Assembly (NCBI GenBank): GCA_041497115.1
Contig: JBGQFW010000010.1
Location: forward strand, 113 to 64,112
DNA: 64,000 nt
DNA from: Candidatus Methylomirabilia bacterium
GTDB lineage: Bacteria > Methylomirabilota > Methylomirabilia > Rokubacteriales > CSP1-6
Direction: 5' to 3'
Shown: positions 27,615 to 42,014 of the stretch, in pieces
Position numbering within the stretch: the stretch's first letter is position 1
Layout: each line of letters starts with the position of its first letter
Position numbers and translations under genes: made by a program
The notes under the pieces: model-generated
Seen by the model: only the letters and a program-made list of their open reading frames with translations
What the model was told of the DNA's origin: nothing
Database searches by the model: none

Positions 27615-28280
27615 TCTCGGTGGAGCGCCAAGGGGCTGACGCCCCGTCCACATCACAGTCCCCGCGCCCTGCCGAGCAGGGCGTCGTCATCTCACGCGGG
27701 ACTCGCGTCTATCTGCGCACCATGACGCTCAGGGACCTCGACCTCTTCAACCGCTGGGTCGAGGACCCGTTCCTGGAGCGCATGGTCGGCAGCGAGCTCC
27801 TCCAGTCGTACAAGCACGTGTGGGACAAGTCGCCGGCGTTCTACGAGGCCGTGCTGACCGATCCCACCCAGGTCGTGCTGGTCATCGAGGCCTGCCGCGG
27901 CTGGACGGCACCGGTGGGGGTGGTGCGCCTGTTCAACATCCACCTGCTGGAGGGGTACGCGTTCCTGGAGACGATCATCACCGATGTCCGTGCAATGAAG
28001 CGCGGTTTCGGCGTGGAAGCGGGTAAACTCATCTCCTACTATGGGGTGGACGTCCTCGGCCTGCGGCGCATCGAGGCGAAGGTCTACGAGTACAACGTGC
28101 TCAGCATGAACTCACTCCGGCGCAACGGCTTCCAGCAGGAGGGTGTCCTCCGCCAGGCGGGGTTCGACGGCGAGCGCTACTGGGATCTCGTGATCTTCGG
28201 CATCCTCAAGGACGAGATCGAGGCCGTGCGCAGGCGGGACAAGGTCTACCTTCCTCTCGATTCGTCCGAGGGGAACGGGC

Positions 28281-28294
<14 letters not shown>
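27611..28294 (+). CDS. GNAT-family N-acetyltransferase (RimJ/RimL-like)
   Basis: VYLRTMTLRDLDLFNRWVEDP...RRIEAKVYEYNVLSMNSLRRNGFQQEGVLR. The GTG at 27611 overlaps the STAS stop (GTGA). Later starts (GTG 27620, or the ATG of MTLRD) are possible. Confidence 0.7.
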
Positions 28295-30428
<2,134 letters not shown>

Positions 30429-30438
30429 AAGGACGACC

Positions 30439-33117
30439 ATGCCGATCAGCCGCCGCGACTCCAAGAAGGCCAAGATCCTCTACATCGAGGACAACCGCGA
30501 GAACCGGATGCTGGTCCGCGCGATCCTCGAGGCCGAGGGCTACACGATCGTCGACGCCGAGGACGGCCTGGCCGGCATCGAAGCGGCGATCCGGGAGGAG
30601 CCGGCGCTGATCCTGCTGGACGTGAACCTGCCGGCCATCGACGGGTACGAGGTCGTCGCGGTCATCAAGTCGTTCCCCGCGTTCGCCACCACGCCGGTCA
30701 TCGCGGTGACCGCCTACGCGATGGAGGGCGACCGCCAGCGCACGCTGGTGGCCGGCTGCGACGGCTACATCCAGAAGCCGATCGACGTGGACGCGTTCCC
30801 GAAGCAGGTCGAGGAGTTCCTGCACGGCAAGCGCGAGCACGTCGAGGAGCGCGAGGCGGGCATCTACCTCCGCGAGCTGAACCAGCGCCTGGTCTACCGG
30901 CTGGTGAACCAGGTCGAGGAGCTCAAGCGCCTCAACCAGCACTTCGTCCGCCGCGCCACCCAGCTCGCCGACCTGCATCGCGCGGTGCAGGACATCACCT
31001 CCGAGGTCGGGGTCGCCCCGATGCTCGAGCAGCTGCTGCCTGCGCTGTCCCGCGCGCTCGGCACCCGCAGCCTGACCGTCGAGCTGGCGGACTCCGACGT
31101 GAAGGTGGCGGCGAGCGGTGAGGCGGCCGAGCGGCCGCGCAGCGTGCTGGCCGGCGCCGGCGTGGCGCCGGGCGACGACTGGACAGAGGTGGACTGGACG
31201 CTGCCGCTGATCGTGCGGGGCCACTCGCTCGGCGTGATGACCGCGCGGCACGTGCTGCCGCCCGGCGCCAAGGCCGACGAGGAGCAGCTGCTCAACATCG
31301 TGGCCAACCAGGTGGCGATCGCCGTGGAGAACGCCCGGCTCTACGACGGCGTCGTGCAGCGGGCGGCCGAGCAGCAGAGCCTCGTCGAGGCCGGCCATCT
31401 GCTCGCGTCCTCGCTGCGGCTGGCCGACGTGCTGCAGCAGTTCACCGAGCTGGTGCGCTCGCGCGTCGGCCTCGACGTCGTCCGCATCTGGCTGCAGGAG
31501 GGCACCGGCGACTATCGCCTTCACGCGCAGGCCGGCCTGGCCGAGCAGCCCGACGACCGGCGCCAGCACTTCGAGCCCGGCGAGGGCATCGTCGGCTGGG
31601 TGATGGAGCACCTCGCGCCGCTCGTCATCCCGGATCTGCAGGTGGATCCGCGCCTCAAGGGGCGCGAGTGGGCGAAGTCCGAGGGGCTGATGTCGCTGGT
31701 GGCGGTGCCGCTGCTCCTGGCGGACGCGCCGGTCGGCGTGCTGGTCGGCGTGGCCCGGCAGCGACGCGACTTCAACCGCGAGGAGGTGGCGCTCGTCCAG
31801 GCGCTGGCCACCTCGGCGGCGGTGGCCATCCGCAATGCGCGGCTGCACGAGGAGACCCAGCTCCGCCTGCGCCACACCGAGACGCTGGTGTCGGTCAGCC
31901 AGGCGATCGGCGCCACGCTCGACCTCTCGGAGGTGCTGCGGCGGGCCACGCGCGAGATGGTGCGCGCGCTCGGCGGCGACATGGGCGTCGCCTGGTTGAT
32001 CACGCCCGACCGCTCGCGATTCGTGCCGCTGGTCGGCTACCACATTCCCAAGGACGTGCTCAACACGCCGGTCGCGGCCAGCCTGGAGATGGCGGATCCG
32101 GTGATCCGCGCGCTGCAGATCTCGAAGGGGCCGATCGCCGCCGCCGACAGCCAGAGCGAGGCGTGGAGCAGCATGCCGGCGGCCCGCGCGGTGAGCCACA
32201 AGTCCATGCTCATCCAGCCCATCTACTGGAAGGACGAGCTGATCGGCGGCTTCTCGGTCCTGTGGCTCAAGGAGGCGCACCGCTTCACGCCCGACGAGCT
32301 GCGGCTGGCGGAGGGCATCGCGCTGCAGGGCGCGCTGGCCATCGAGAACTCGCGGCTGTTCGAGGGGGTCAAGCAGCAGATGGCCGAGCTCAAGCAGACC
32401 CAGGCCCAGCTCGTGCAGTCCACCAAGCTGGCCGCCATCGGCGAGCTGGCCGCCAACATCGCCCACGAGATCAACAACCCACTCACCACCGTGCTCGGCT
32501 TCGCCTCCTTCATCGCCGAGCGGCTGCCCGCCGAGGATCCGATGCGCGAGGAGCTGGGCCTCATCCAGGAGGAGGCCTCGCGGGCGCGCGACATCGTGCG
32601 CGACCTGCTGCAGTTCAGCCGCCAGCGCGACTTCATGCCGGAGCCGACCGACCTCAACACCGTCCTCGAGCAGGTCGTGGGCATGGTGCGGCGGCAGGGC
32701 GCCTTCAACACCGTCACCGTCAGCGAGGCCTACGCCCCCGATCTGGCGATGGTCGAGATGGACGTGTCCCGCATCAAGCAGGTCTTCCTCAACATCATCA
32801 ATAACGCCGTCTACGCGATGAAGGACGGCGGTACGCTCACGATCCGCACCACGCCCACCGCCGACACCGTGCGGGTGGCCTTCGAGGACACCGGCCCCGG
32901 CATCCCGCCCGAGATCCTCGGCCGCATCTTCGACCCGTTCTTCACGACGAAGCCCGAGGTGAGCGGGACCGGGCTCGGCCTGTCCGTCAGCCTCGGGATC
33001 GTGCAGAGCCACGGCGGGACGATCGACGTGCAGAGCGCGCTGGGCAAGGGCACGACGTTCACGGTGACGCTGCCGTTCAAGCTCGACGGCGGCGAGGGCG
33101 CCGGGACGGCCGACTAG
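30439..33117 (+). CDS. Hybrid signalling protein: N-terminal REC, multiple GAF domains, HisKA and HATPase_c
   Basis: REC domain (KILYIEDN...LDVNLPAIDG...KP). Repeated GAF signatures (VAIAVENARLY, AAVAIRNARLH, GALAIENSRLF). H-box ANIAHEINNPL, DTGPGI and GTGLGLS. Confidence 0.85.
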   Translation: MPISRRDSKKAKILYIEDNRENRMLVRAILEAEGYTIVDAEDGLAGIEAAIREEPALILLDVNLPAIDGYEVVAVIKSFPAFATTPVIAVTAYAMEGDRQRTLVAGCDGYIQKPIDVDAFPKQVEEFLHGKREHVEEREAGIYLRELNQRLVYRLVNQVEELKRLNQHFVRRATQLADLHRAVQDITSEVGVAPMLEQLLPALSRALGTRSLTVELADSDVKVAASGEAAERPRSVLAGAGVAPGDDWTEVDWTLPLIVRGHSLGVMTARHVLPPGAKADEEQLLNIVANQVAIAVENARLYDGVVQRAAEQQSLVEAGHLLASSLRLADVLQQFTELVRSRVGLDVVRIWLQEGTGDYRLHAQAGLAEQPDDRRQHFEPGEGIVGWVMEHLAPLVIPDLQVDPRLKGREWAKSEGLMSLVAVPLLLADAPVGVLVGVARQRRDFNREEVALVQALATSAAVAIRNARLHEETQLRLRHTETLVSVSQAIGATLDLSEVLRRATREMVRALGGDMGVAWLITPDRSRFVPLVGYHIPKDVLNTPVAASLEMADPVIRALQISKGPIAAADSQSEAWSSMPAARAVSHKSMLIQPIYWKDELIGGFSVLWLKEAHRFTPDELRLAEGIALQGALAIENSRLFEGVKQQMAELKQTQAQLVQSTKLAAIGELAANIAHEINNPLTTVLGFASFIAERLPAEDPMREELGLIQEEASRARDIVRDLLQFSRQRDFMPEPTDLNTVLEQVVGMVRRQGAFNTVTVSEAYAPDLAMVEMDVSRIKQVFLNIINNAVYAMKDGGTLTIRTTPTADTVRVAFEDTGPGIPPEILGRIFDPFFTTKPEVSGTGLGLSVSLGIVQSHGGTIDVQSALGKGTTFTVTLPFKLDGGEGAGTAD

Positions 33118-33121
33118 ACGC

Positions 33122-34105
33122 TCACGCCAGCCCGGCGGCGACGCGGGCGGCGCCGAGCAGCGGCGCCCGCGGGTTGAGCGAGACGTGAATCGGTATCGAC
33201 TCCAGCAGCACGTTGAGCCGCCCCTTGTCACGGAACGCCGTGACGAAGCCGCCGGCGGCCAGCCGCTCGATCATGCGCGGCGCGATGCCGCCTCCCACCA
33301 GCACGCCGCCGACCGCCATCGCGGTGAGCGCGAGGTTGCCGGCCTCGGCGCCGTAGAGGCCGACGAAGACGTCGAGCGCCTTGTCGCACAGCGCGTCCCG
33401 TTTGGGCAGCCCCATCTCGGTGACGACGGCGGGCGGATCGACCGTGCGCATCCGCTCGGCGACGGCCGGCGACTCCTTGGCCCAGCCGGTGTCGCGCAGG
33501 AATCGGTAGATGTTGAACAGGCCGGGGCCCGCCAGCACGCGCTCGTAGGAGACGCGCCCGAACTCCTTGCGCAGATAGCGCAGCAGGTCGTCCTCGAGCT
33601 CGTTGCGCGGCGCCAGGTCGCCGTGACCGCCCTCGCTGGCGATCACGATGCGGTGGTCGCCGTCACGGATGATGAGGGCCTCGCCGAGGCCGGTGCCGGC
33701 TGCGATCAGCACCAGGTTGCCGCGCCGCGGAACGCCGGCCTGCAGCGTGCGGAGCTCCTCCTCAGGCAGCCCCAGCACGCCGTGGGCGGCCACCTCGAGG
33801 TCGTTGAGCAGCGTCACGCGCTCGGCGGGGATGGTGGACGACAGCACTCGCGCATCGATCACCCACGGCAGGTTGGTCGCCACGGCCCGGTCGTCGACCA
33901 CCGGCCCGGCCACCCCCAGGCAGGCCGACTCGATCACCGGCCGGGGGCCGGCGGAGAGGAACTGCTCGATCGCGGTCTCCAGCGAGGCGAGCTCGCGGCT
34001 GGGCATCGTGGCGTCCCGCAGCATCCGCAGGCCGCCCCGCCCGTCCGTTTCGAAGAGCGCGAGAGCGGTCTTGGTGCCGCCCACGTCGCCGCCGAGAACG
34101 ATCAC
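33122..34105 (-). CDS. glk: Glucokinase (ROK/Glk family)
   Basis: VLGGDVGGTKT...NDLEVAAHG...GTGLGEA...EGGH. The GTG at 34105 overlaps the aldolase stop (GTGA). Confidence 0.85.
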   Translation of the reverse strand: MIVLGGDVGGTKTALALFETDGRGGLRMLRDATMPSRELASLETAIEQFLSAGPRPVIESACLGVAGPVVDDRAVATNLPWVIDARVLSSTIPAERVTLLNDLEVAAHGVLGLPEEELRTLQAGVPRRGNLVLIAAGTGLGEALIIRDGDHRIVIASEGGHGDLAPRNELEDDLLRYLRKEFGRVSYERVLAGPGLFNIYRFLRDTGWAKESPAVAERMRTVDPPAVVTEMGLPKRDALCDKALDVFVGLYGAEAGNLALTAMAVGGVLVGGGIAPRMIERLAAGGFVTAFRDKGRLNVLLESIPIHVSLNPRAPLLGAARVAAGLA

Positions 34106-35028
34106 TTCTGGGTGCCGGCGTAGATGCCCATGACGGTGGCGAGGAACTTCAGCGCGTCGGGCTTCTTGCGCTGGAACGAGTTGCGGCCGATGATCGAGCC
34201 GAACCCGCCGCCATCCCGGATCGCCCGCACCTCGTCGAACACCTGGTCGTCGCCGGCGGTCGGCCCGCCCGAGAAGATGACGATGCGGCGGCCGTTGAAC
34301 GTGGACTGCACCACGTGGCGGACGCGCTCGGCCTGCGTGCCGATCGGCACCGCCTGCGCCTCGTAGACCTTCTTGGCGGCGGCCTGCTCGAGGTGCGCCG
34401 CCGGCAGCTTCACCTTGACGATGTGGGCGCCGAGCTGGGCGGCGATGTGCGCGGCATAGGCGGTGACGTCGATGCCCGTCTCGCCCTCCTTGGAGAGGCC
34501 GGAGCCGCGCGGATACGACCACACCACGACGACCAGCCCGCTCGCCTTGGCCTCCTCGGCGAGCGGGCGCAGCGCGCTGTACATGTCCAGGCGGTGCGTC
34601 GAGCCCGGATAGATCGTGTACCCGATGGCGACGCAGCCGAGGCGGAGGGCGTCCCGCACCGATCCGGTGATCGCCTGGATCGGATCGCGCTCCTCGTAGA
34701 GCACGTCGTGATTGTTGAGCTTGAGAATCAGCGGGAGCTGGCCGGCGAAGTCCCGCGCGCCCGCCTCCAGGAAGCCGAGCGGCGCCGCGTAGGCGCTGCA
34801 GCCGGACTCGATCGCCAGCTGGAAGTGATAGTGCGGGTCGTACCCCGCCGGGTTCGGCGCGAAGCTGCGGGCCGGCCCGTGCTCGAACCCCTGGTCCACC
34901 GGCAGGATGACCATCCGACCGGTGCCGGCGAGCGTGCCGGCGTTGAGCATGCGCGCCAGGTTGGTTAGCGTGCCCGGGCTGTCGCTGCCATACCAGCCCA
35001 GGATCTCGCGGACACGATTCGTCGTCAT
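34102..35028 (-). CDS. Class I fructose-bisphosphate aldolase (DhnA/FbaB-type DeoC-family aldolase)
   Basis: MVILPVDQGFEHGP, ILKLN, IVKVKLP (Schiff-base Lys context), and GGFGSIIGRNSFQ. Confidence 0.8.
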   Translation of the reverse strand: MTTNRVREILGWYGSDSPGTLTNLARMLNAGTLAGTGRMVILPVDQGFEHGPARSFAPNPAGYDPHYHFQLAIESGCSAYAAPLGFLEAGARDFAGQLPLILKLNNHDVLYEERDPIQAITGSVRDALRLGCVAIGYTIYPGSTHRLDMYSALRPLAEEAKASGLVVVVWSYPRGSGLSKEGETGIDVTAYAAHIAAQLGAHIVKVKLPAAHLEQAAAKKVYEAQAVPIGTQAERVRHVVQSTFNGRRIVIFSGGPTAGDDQVFDEVRAIRDGGGFGSIIGRNSFQRKKPDALKFLATVMGIYAGTQK

Positions 35029-35029
35029 G

Positions 35030-37666
<2,637 letters not shown>

Positions 37667-37737
37667 CGCGCTGGCACTTCCCCCCCGCCGGCCCGAGCCA
37701 AGGCCGTGCCGGAGACTTTGAAGCAAGGGGTACCCCC

Positions 37738-37766
37738 GAGTCAACCGCCCGTTAACTCCTTGACTC
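37738..37766. repeat. Inverted repeat GAGTCAA-N15-TTGACTC in the divergent GH63 / ABC-permease intergenic region
   Basis: Perfect 7-bp arms. The right arm doubles as a TTGACT -35 hexamer, 17 nt upstream of AATAGT (37783-37788). The left arm gives TTGACT on the other strand. Confidence 0.5.
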
Positions 37767-37835
37767 GCCCCTGCCGTTGCCAAATAGTAGGCGCACTCGA
37801 CCGCGGATCCCGCCCGGCGGCGCGGCGACTGGAGG

Positions 37836-38768
37836 GTGTGGTTGTTCCAATACATCGTCTCCCGCGCGCTGTGGCTGGTCCCCACCCTGCTGGCCATGGC
37901 GCTGGTGACCTTCCTCGTGATGCACGCCACGCCCGGCAGTCCGCTCGATCCGGTCGCCGAGGGGGCCAACCCGCTGTCGCCGGAGGCCCAGAAGAACCTC
38001 GCCGAGCACTACGGGCTGGACAAGCCGCTCTGGCAGCAGTTCGGGATCTTCATCACCAAGGCCGTGCGCGGCGACTTTGGCTTCTCGTTCGTCTACAAGA
38101 CGCGCACGGTCGCCGAGATCCTGCGTGAGACGTTTCCCGTCTCGCTGTTCCTCGGCTCGATGGCGCTGGTGCTGGCGGTGGCGGGCGGCCTCACGCTGGG
38201 TATCCTGGCCGCCGTCCACCAGAACCGCGGCTGGGACTACCTGTCGGTGACGCTGGCGACCGTCGGCGTCGCCGTGCCGAACTTCGTGCTGGCCGTGTTC
38301 CTGATCATCCTCTTCTCGTTCGTCGTGCCGCTGTTCCCCACCGGCGGCTGGGACTCGCCGCGCGACTGGGTGCTGCCGACGGTCACGCTGGCGGCGGCCC
38401 CGATGGGGATCATCGCCCGCTTCACCCGCGCGAGCATGCTCGAGGTCATCCGGGCCGACTACACGCTGACCGCGCGCGCCAAGGGGCTGGCCGAGACGCC
38501 GGTGATCTTCAAGCACGCGCTCAAGAACGCGCTGATCCCGGTCGTCACGCTGCTGGGACCGCTGTTCGCCGCGGTGGGGACGGGCTCCTTCTTCGTCGAG
38601 TCGATCTTCCGGGTGCCGGGGATGGGCCGCTTCTTCGTCCAGTCCATGACGGGCCGCGACTATCCGATGATCATGGCCGTGGTCCTGACGTACGGCGCCT
38701 TCCTCGCGATCATGAACCTCGCCGTCGATCTGGCGTATGGCACTCTCGACCCCCGCATCCGATATTAG
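37836..38768 (+). CDS. ABC transporter permease, DppB/OppB family
   Basis: [36 protein letters not shown]... and the EAA-loop region [11 protein letters not shown] start. Confidence 0.85.
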   Translation: MWLFQYIVSRALWLVPTLLAMALVTFLVMHATPGSPLDPVAEGANPLSPEAQKNLAEHYGLDKPLWQQFGIFITKAVRGDFGFSFVYKTRTVAEILRETFPVSLFLGSMALVLAVAGGLTLGILAAVHQNRGWDYLSVTLATVGVAVPNFVLAVFLIILFSFVVPLFPTGGWDSPRDWVLPTVTLAAAPMGIIARFTRASMLEVIRADYTLTARAKGLAETPVIFKHALKNALIPVVTLLGPLFAAVGTGSFFVESIFRVPGMGRFFVQSMTGRDYPMIMAVVLTYGAFLAIMNLAVDLAYGTLDPRIRY

Positions 38769-39669
38769 CCTCGACGGGGGGCTGCGCCCCCCCGACGGCG
38801 TGCTCGTCGAGCGATCCGCCGCGCGGCCGGGAACCTCGCTCTGGCGCGACGGGGTCCGGCGGCTGCTGCGCAACCGGCTGGCGATGGCGGGCGGGATCGT
38901 CGTCGTCGTCCTCTGCCTCATCGCGATCTTCGCCGACGTGCTGGCGCCCAAGCCCTACACGAAGACCAACTTCGGACGGCTCAACGAGTCGCCGTCGCGC
39001 GACTATCCGCTCGGCACCGACCAGCTGGGCCGCGATCTGCTCTCGCGGATGATCTACGGCGCGCGGGTGTCGATGCTCGTCGGGCTCGGCGCCCAGCTCA
39101 TCGTGGTGTCGATCGGCGTGCCGATCGGCGCCCTGTCGGGTTACCTGGGGGGGCGCGCCGACCTGTTCCTCACGCGCTTCATCGACGTCATGTACGCCTT
39201 CCCGCGGCTGCTGTTCGTGATTCTCGTCATGTCCATGCTGGGCGCCGGGCTCATGAACATCTTCATCGCGATCGGCCTCACCGGCTGGGTGGGCATCGCC
39301 CGCCAGACGCGCGCGCAGGTGCTGGCCCTCAAGGAAAAGGAGTTCGTGGACGCCGCCCGCGGCCTCGGCGCCGGCGTCGCCCGCCTGCTGACCCGTCACA
39401 TCCTGCCCAACGCGCTCACGCCCATCGTGGTGGCCGTCACGTTCGGCATCCCCGAGGCGATCTTCACCGAGGCGGCGCTGTCCTTCATCGGCGTGGGCAT
39501 CAACCCGCCCACGCCGTCGTGGGGGCAGATGGTCGGCGAGGGGCAGCAGTTCATCCGTTCCTACTGGCACCTCTGCGTGTTCCCGTCGATCGCCATCGCG
39601 ATCACCATGCTGTCGTTCACGTTCTTCGGCGACGGCGTGCGCGACGCGCTCGATCCCAAGATGAAGTAG
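38737..39669 (+). CDS. ABC transporter permease, DppC/OppC family
   Basis: LLRNRLAMAGG...PLGTDQLGRDLLSRMIYGARVSM...AARGLGA. The start is uncertain: the ATG at 38737 overlaps the upstream gene by 32 nt. Confidence 0.8.
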   Translation: MALSTPASDISLDGGLRPPDGVLVERSAARPGTSLWRDGVRRLLRNRLAMAGGIVVVVLCLIAIFADVLAPKPYTKTNFGRLNESPSRDYPLGTDQLGRDLLSRMIYGARVSMLVGLGAQLIVVSIGVPIGALSGYLGGRADLFLTRFIDVMYAFPRLLFVILVMSMLGAGLMNIFIAIGLTGWVGIARQTRAQVLALKEKEFVDAARGLGAGVARLLTRHILPNALTPIVVAVTFGIPEAIFTEAALSFIGVGINPPTPSWGQMVGEGQQFIRSYWHLCVFPSIAIAITMLSFTFFGDGVRDALDPKMK

Positions 39670-39691
39670 GCATCCCAACGAGGAGGGTCCC

Positions 39692-41428
39692 ATGAGACGT
39701 CCCCCGATCTCCGATGCGCAGATGAACCTGCTGGCCGACCGGCTGAGCGCGGCCGGCGTCGGCCGCCGCGACTTTCTCCGCGTGGCGGCCGGGCTTGCCG
39801 CCCTCGGCGCCGCCGGATTCAACGTCCGGCCGGCCTCGGCGGCGCCCAAGCTGGCCGCCGGCGAGAAGCTCGCCAAGGAGCAGCACCTCCGCTTCGGCGG
39901 CGGCGGCTGGTATCAGAACGATCCCTCGAGTCACGACTTCAACAAGGATCTCTACTGCACGGGCGTGCCGACGCTGTGGGCGGGGCTGATGAAGTTCAAT
40001 TCGGACTTCCAGCCGATCCCGTACGTCGCCGAAAAGGTGACCTCCAACGCGGACGGGTCGGTGTGGACCTTCAAGATCCGCAAGGACTCGAAGTGGTCGG
40101 ACGGCAGCCCGTGCGGGGCGAAGGACTTCGAGTGGTCCTGGAAGCGGCAGATGGATCCCGCCAGCGCCAACCCGTACTCGAGCTATTTCTACGACATCAA
40201 GGGGGCGGAGGCGTTCAACAAGAAGCAGGCGCCCGACGCGTCCGGCGTCGGCATCGTCGCCAAGGACGACTGGACGCTCGAGGTGACGCTCGAGGGGCCG
40301 CGGGGGTACTTCCCCGTGCTCTCGGCGTACCTCGCCGCGCTTCCGTCCCACCGCCCCTCGATCGAGAAGTTCGGCGACAAGTGGACCGAGGCCGCCAACA
40401 TCGTCTGCAACGGCCCCATGGTCCTCGAGGCGTGGGAGCACAACAAGGTCATCGTGCTGCGCCGGAACAAGCACTTCTTCGGCGCCAAGGACGTCACGCT
40501 CGAGAAGGTCACCATTCCCATCATCTCGGTCGCCTCCGGCGCGCTGCCCTACGACAACAACGAGCTCGACCTGACCGCGCTGCAGACCGGCGATCTCAAG
40601 CGGTTCCGCGACGACCCCCGCACCCAGAAGCAGGTCTTCCGCTACCCCTTCCCGGGCACGTGGTACCTGCTGCCCCAGGTGACCAAGCCGCCGTTCGACA
40701 ACGTGAAGGTGCGGCGGGCGGTCGCCCACGCCGTCGACCGCGACAACGTCGTGCGGGTCGCCGACGGCTTCGCCATCCCCGCCCACGCGATGATTCCGCC
40801 CGGATTCCCCGGCGCGGTGGACGACAAGAAGATCCGCGACGTGCAGAAATTCGACCCGAAGCTCGCCATGGCCGAGCTCAAGGGCACGCCGTTCGAGGGG
40901 GGAAAGAACTGGCCGCGCATCGTCCTCTCGATGCGCGACGAGGCGCTCGGCGCCAAGCCGCTCGCCGAGGCCGTTCAGTCGGTCCTCCTCGAGCACCTGA
41001 ACATGAAGACCGAGCTCGAGGTGCTCGAGCAGCGCGTCTTCCGGGAGCGGCTCTGGAAGCAGGATCTGCAGTTCGTGTGGATCCGCTGGTTCATGGACTA
41101 TCCGGACCCGCACAACGAGTACTTCGACACCTTCTACGGCAAGAAGACGTCGGGCAAGCGCCAGGCCTGGGTGAACGACGCCTTCGACAAGGAGCTGGAG
41201 GCCGGGCGCGACACCCGCGACGCCAAGAAGCGGCTCGTGCACTACGCGAAAGCCGAGGAGATCATGCAGACCGACGTCGGCTACGTGCCGGTGGCGTGGG
41301 TCGCGCGGTGGGCCGCCGCCAAGCCGCAGCTGCGGGGGCTGGAGAAGAACCGGCAGGGCGAGTTCGTCGTCGACGGCAACATCTACGTGGACATGCTGCC
41401 GCATCTCTACATGGTCGAGAAGGCGTAG
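39692..41428 (+). CDS. ABC transporter substrate-binding protein, family 5 (peptide/nickel/opine type) with a Tat-like signal
   Basis: RRDFLRVAAGLAALGAAG twin-arginine signal. 578 aa with typical SBP_bac_5 length and pattern. Confidence 0.85.
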   Translation: MRRPPISDAQMNLLADRLSAAGVGRRDFLRVAAGLAALGAAGFNVRPASAAPKLAAGEKLAKEQHLRFGGGGWYQNDPSSHDFNKDLYCTGVPTLWAGLMKFNSDFQPIPYVAEKVTSNADGSVWTFKIRKDSKWSDGSPCGAKDFEWSWKRQMDPASANPYSSYFYDIKGAEAFNKKQAPDASGVGIVAKDDWTLEVTLEGPRGYFPVLSAYLAALPSHRPSIEKFGDKWTEAANIVCNGPMVLEAWEHNKVIVLRRNKHFFGAKDVTLEKVTIPIISVASGALPYDNNELDLTALQTGDLKRFRDDPRTQKQVFRYPFPGTWYLLPQVTKPPFDNVKVRRAVAHAVDRDNVVRVADGFAIPAHAMIPPGFPGAVDDKKIRDVQKFDPKLAMAELKGTPFEGGKNWPRIVLSMRDEALGAKPLAEAVQSVLLEHLNMKTELEVLEQRVFRERLWKQDLQFVWIRWFMDYPDPHNEYFDTFYGKKTSGKRQAWVNDAFDKELEAGRDTRDAKKRLVHYAKAEEIMQTDVGYVPVAWVARWAAAKPQLRGLEKNRQGEFVVDGNIYVDMLPHLYMVEKA

Positions 41429-41480
41429 CGGCGTCGGGGCGGGGTGGGGTGACGCCCACCCCGCCCCGCGTCGGCGAGGA

Positions 41481-41981
41481 GTGGCGCCAGTGAGTGAGCA
41501 GCACCTTCGGGAGGAGCTGTACGCGGCGTTCAAGAATCGGGCGCTGCTGTATCACCATTTCTTCGACGCGCTCCGCCGCGAGCACGGCGAGGCGCGGGCG
41601 ACGGAGATCATGGGCCGCGCCATCTACGCGCGCGGCACCGAGATCGGCCGCCGGTTCGCCCGCTACGCGCCGGGCGACCTGGCGGGGCTGCGCGACGCCT
41701 TCGTGGGCGGGGTGCCCGACGACGGGCGGATGTTCGCGCCGAAGGTCACGCGCTGCGACGCCGGCGGGCTCGACATCGAGCTGACCCGCTGCCCCCTGCA
41801 GGACGCCTGGCGCGAGGCGGGGCTGCCCGATGCCGAGATCGCGCGGCTCTGCCAGATCGCCGGCCGCATCGACAACGGCACCTTCGAGACCGCCGGCTTC
41901 GAGTTTTCCGCCGACACCTGGCAGCCGGGCCGCAGCGGCTGCTGTCGCCTCCACATCCGACCGGGCGCCGCCCACCGCTAG
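41481..41981 (+). CDS. L-2-amino-thiazoline-4-carboxylic acid hydrolase-like family protein
   Basis: About 165 aa with TRCDAGGLDIELTRCPL...LCQIAGRIDNGTFE...GCCRLHI. The family resemblance is from memory only. Confidence 0.45.
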   Translation: MAPVSEQHLREELYAAFKNRALLYHHFFDALRREHGEARATEIMGRAIYARGTEIGRRFARYAPGDLAGLRDAFVGGVPDDGRMFAPKVTRCDAGGLDIELTRCPLQDAWREAGLPDAEIARLCQIAGRIDNGTFETAGFEFSADTWQPGRSGCCRLHIRPGAAHR

Positions 41982-42014
41982 CGTCCGGCCCCGTCCTGGG
42001 AGCATGCTGGGCCC

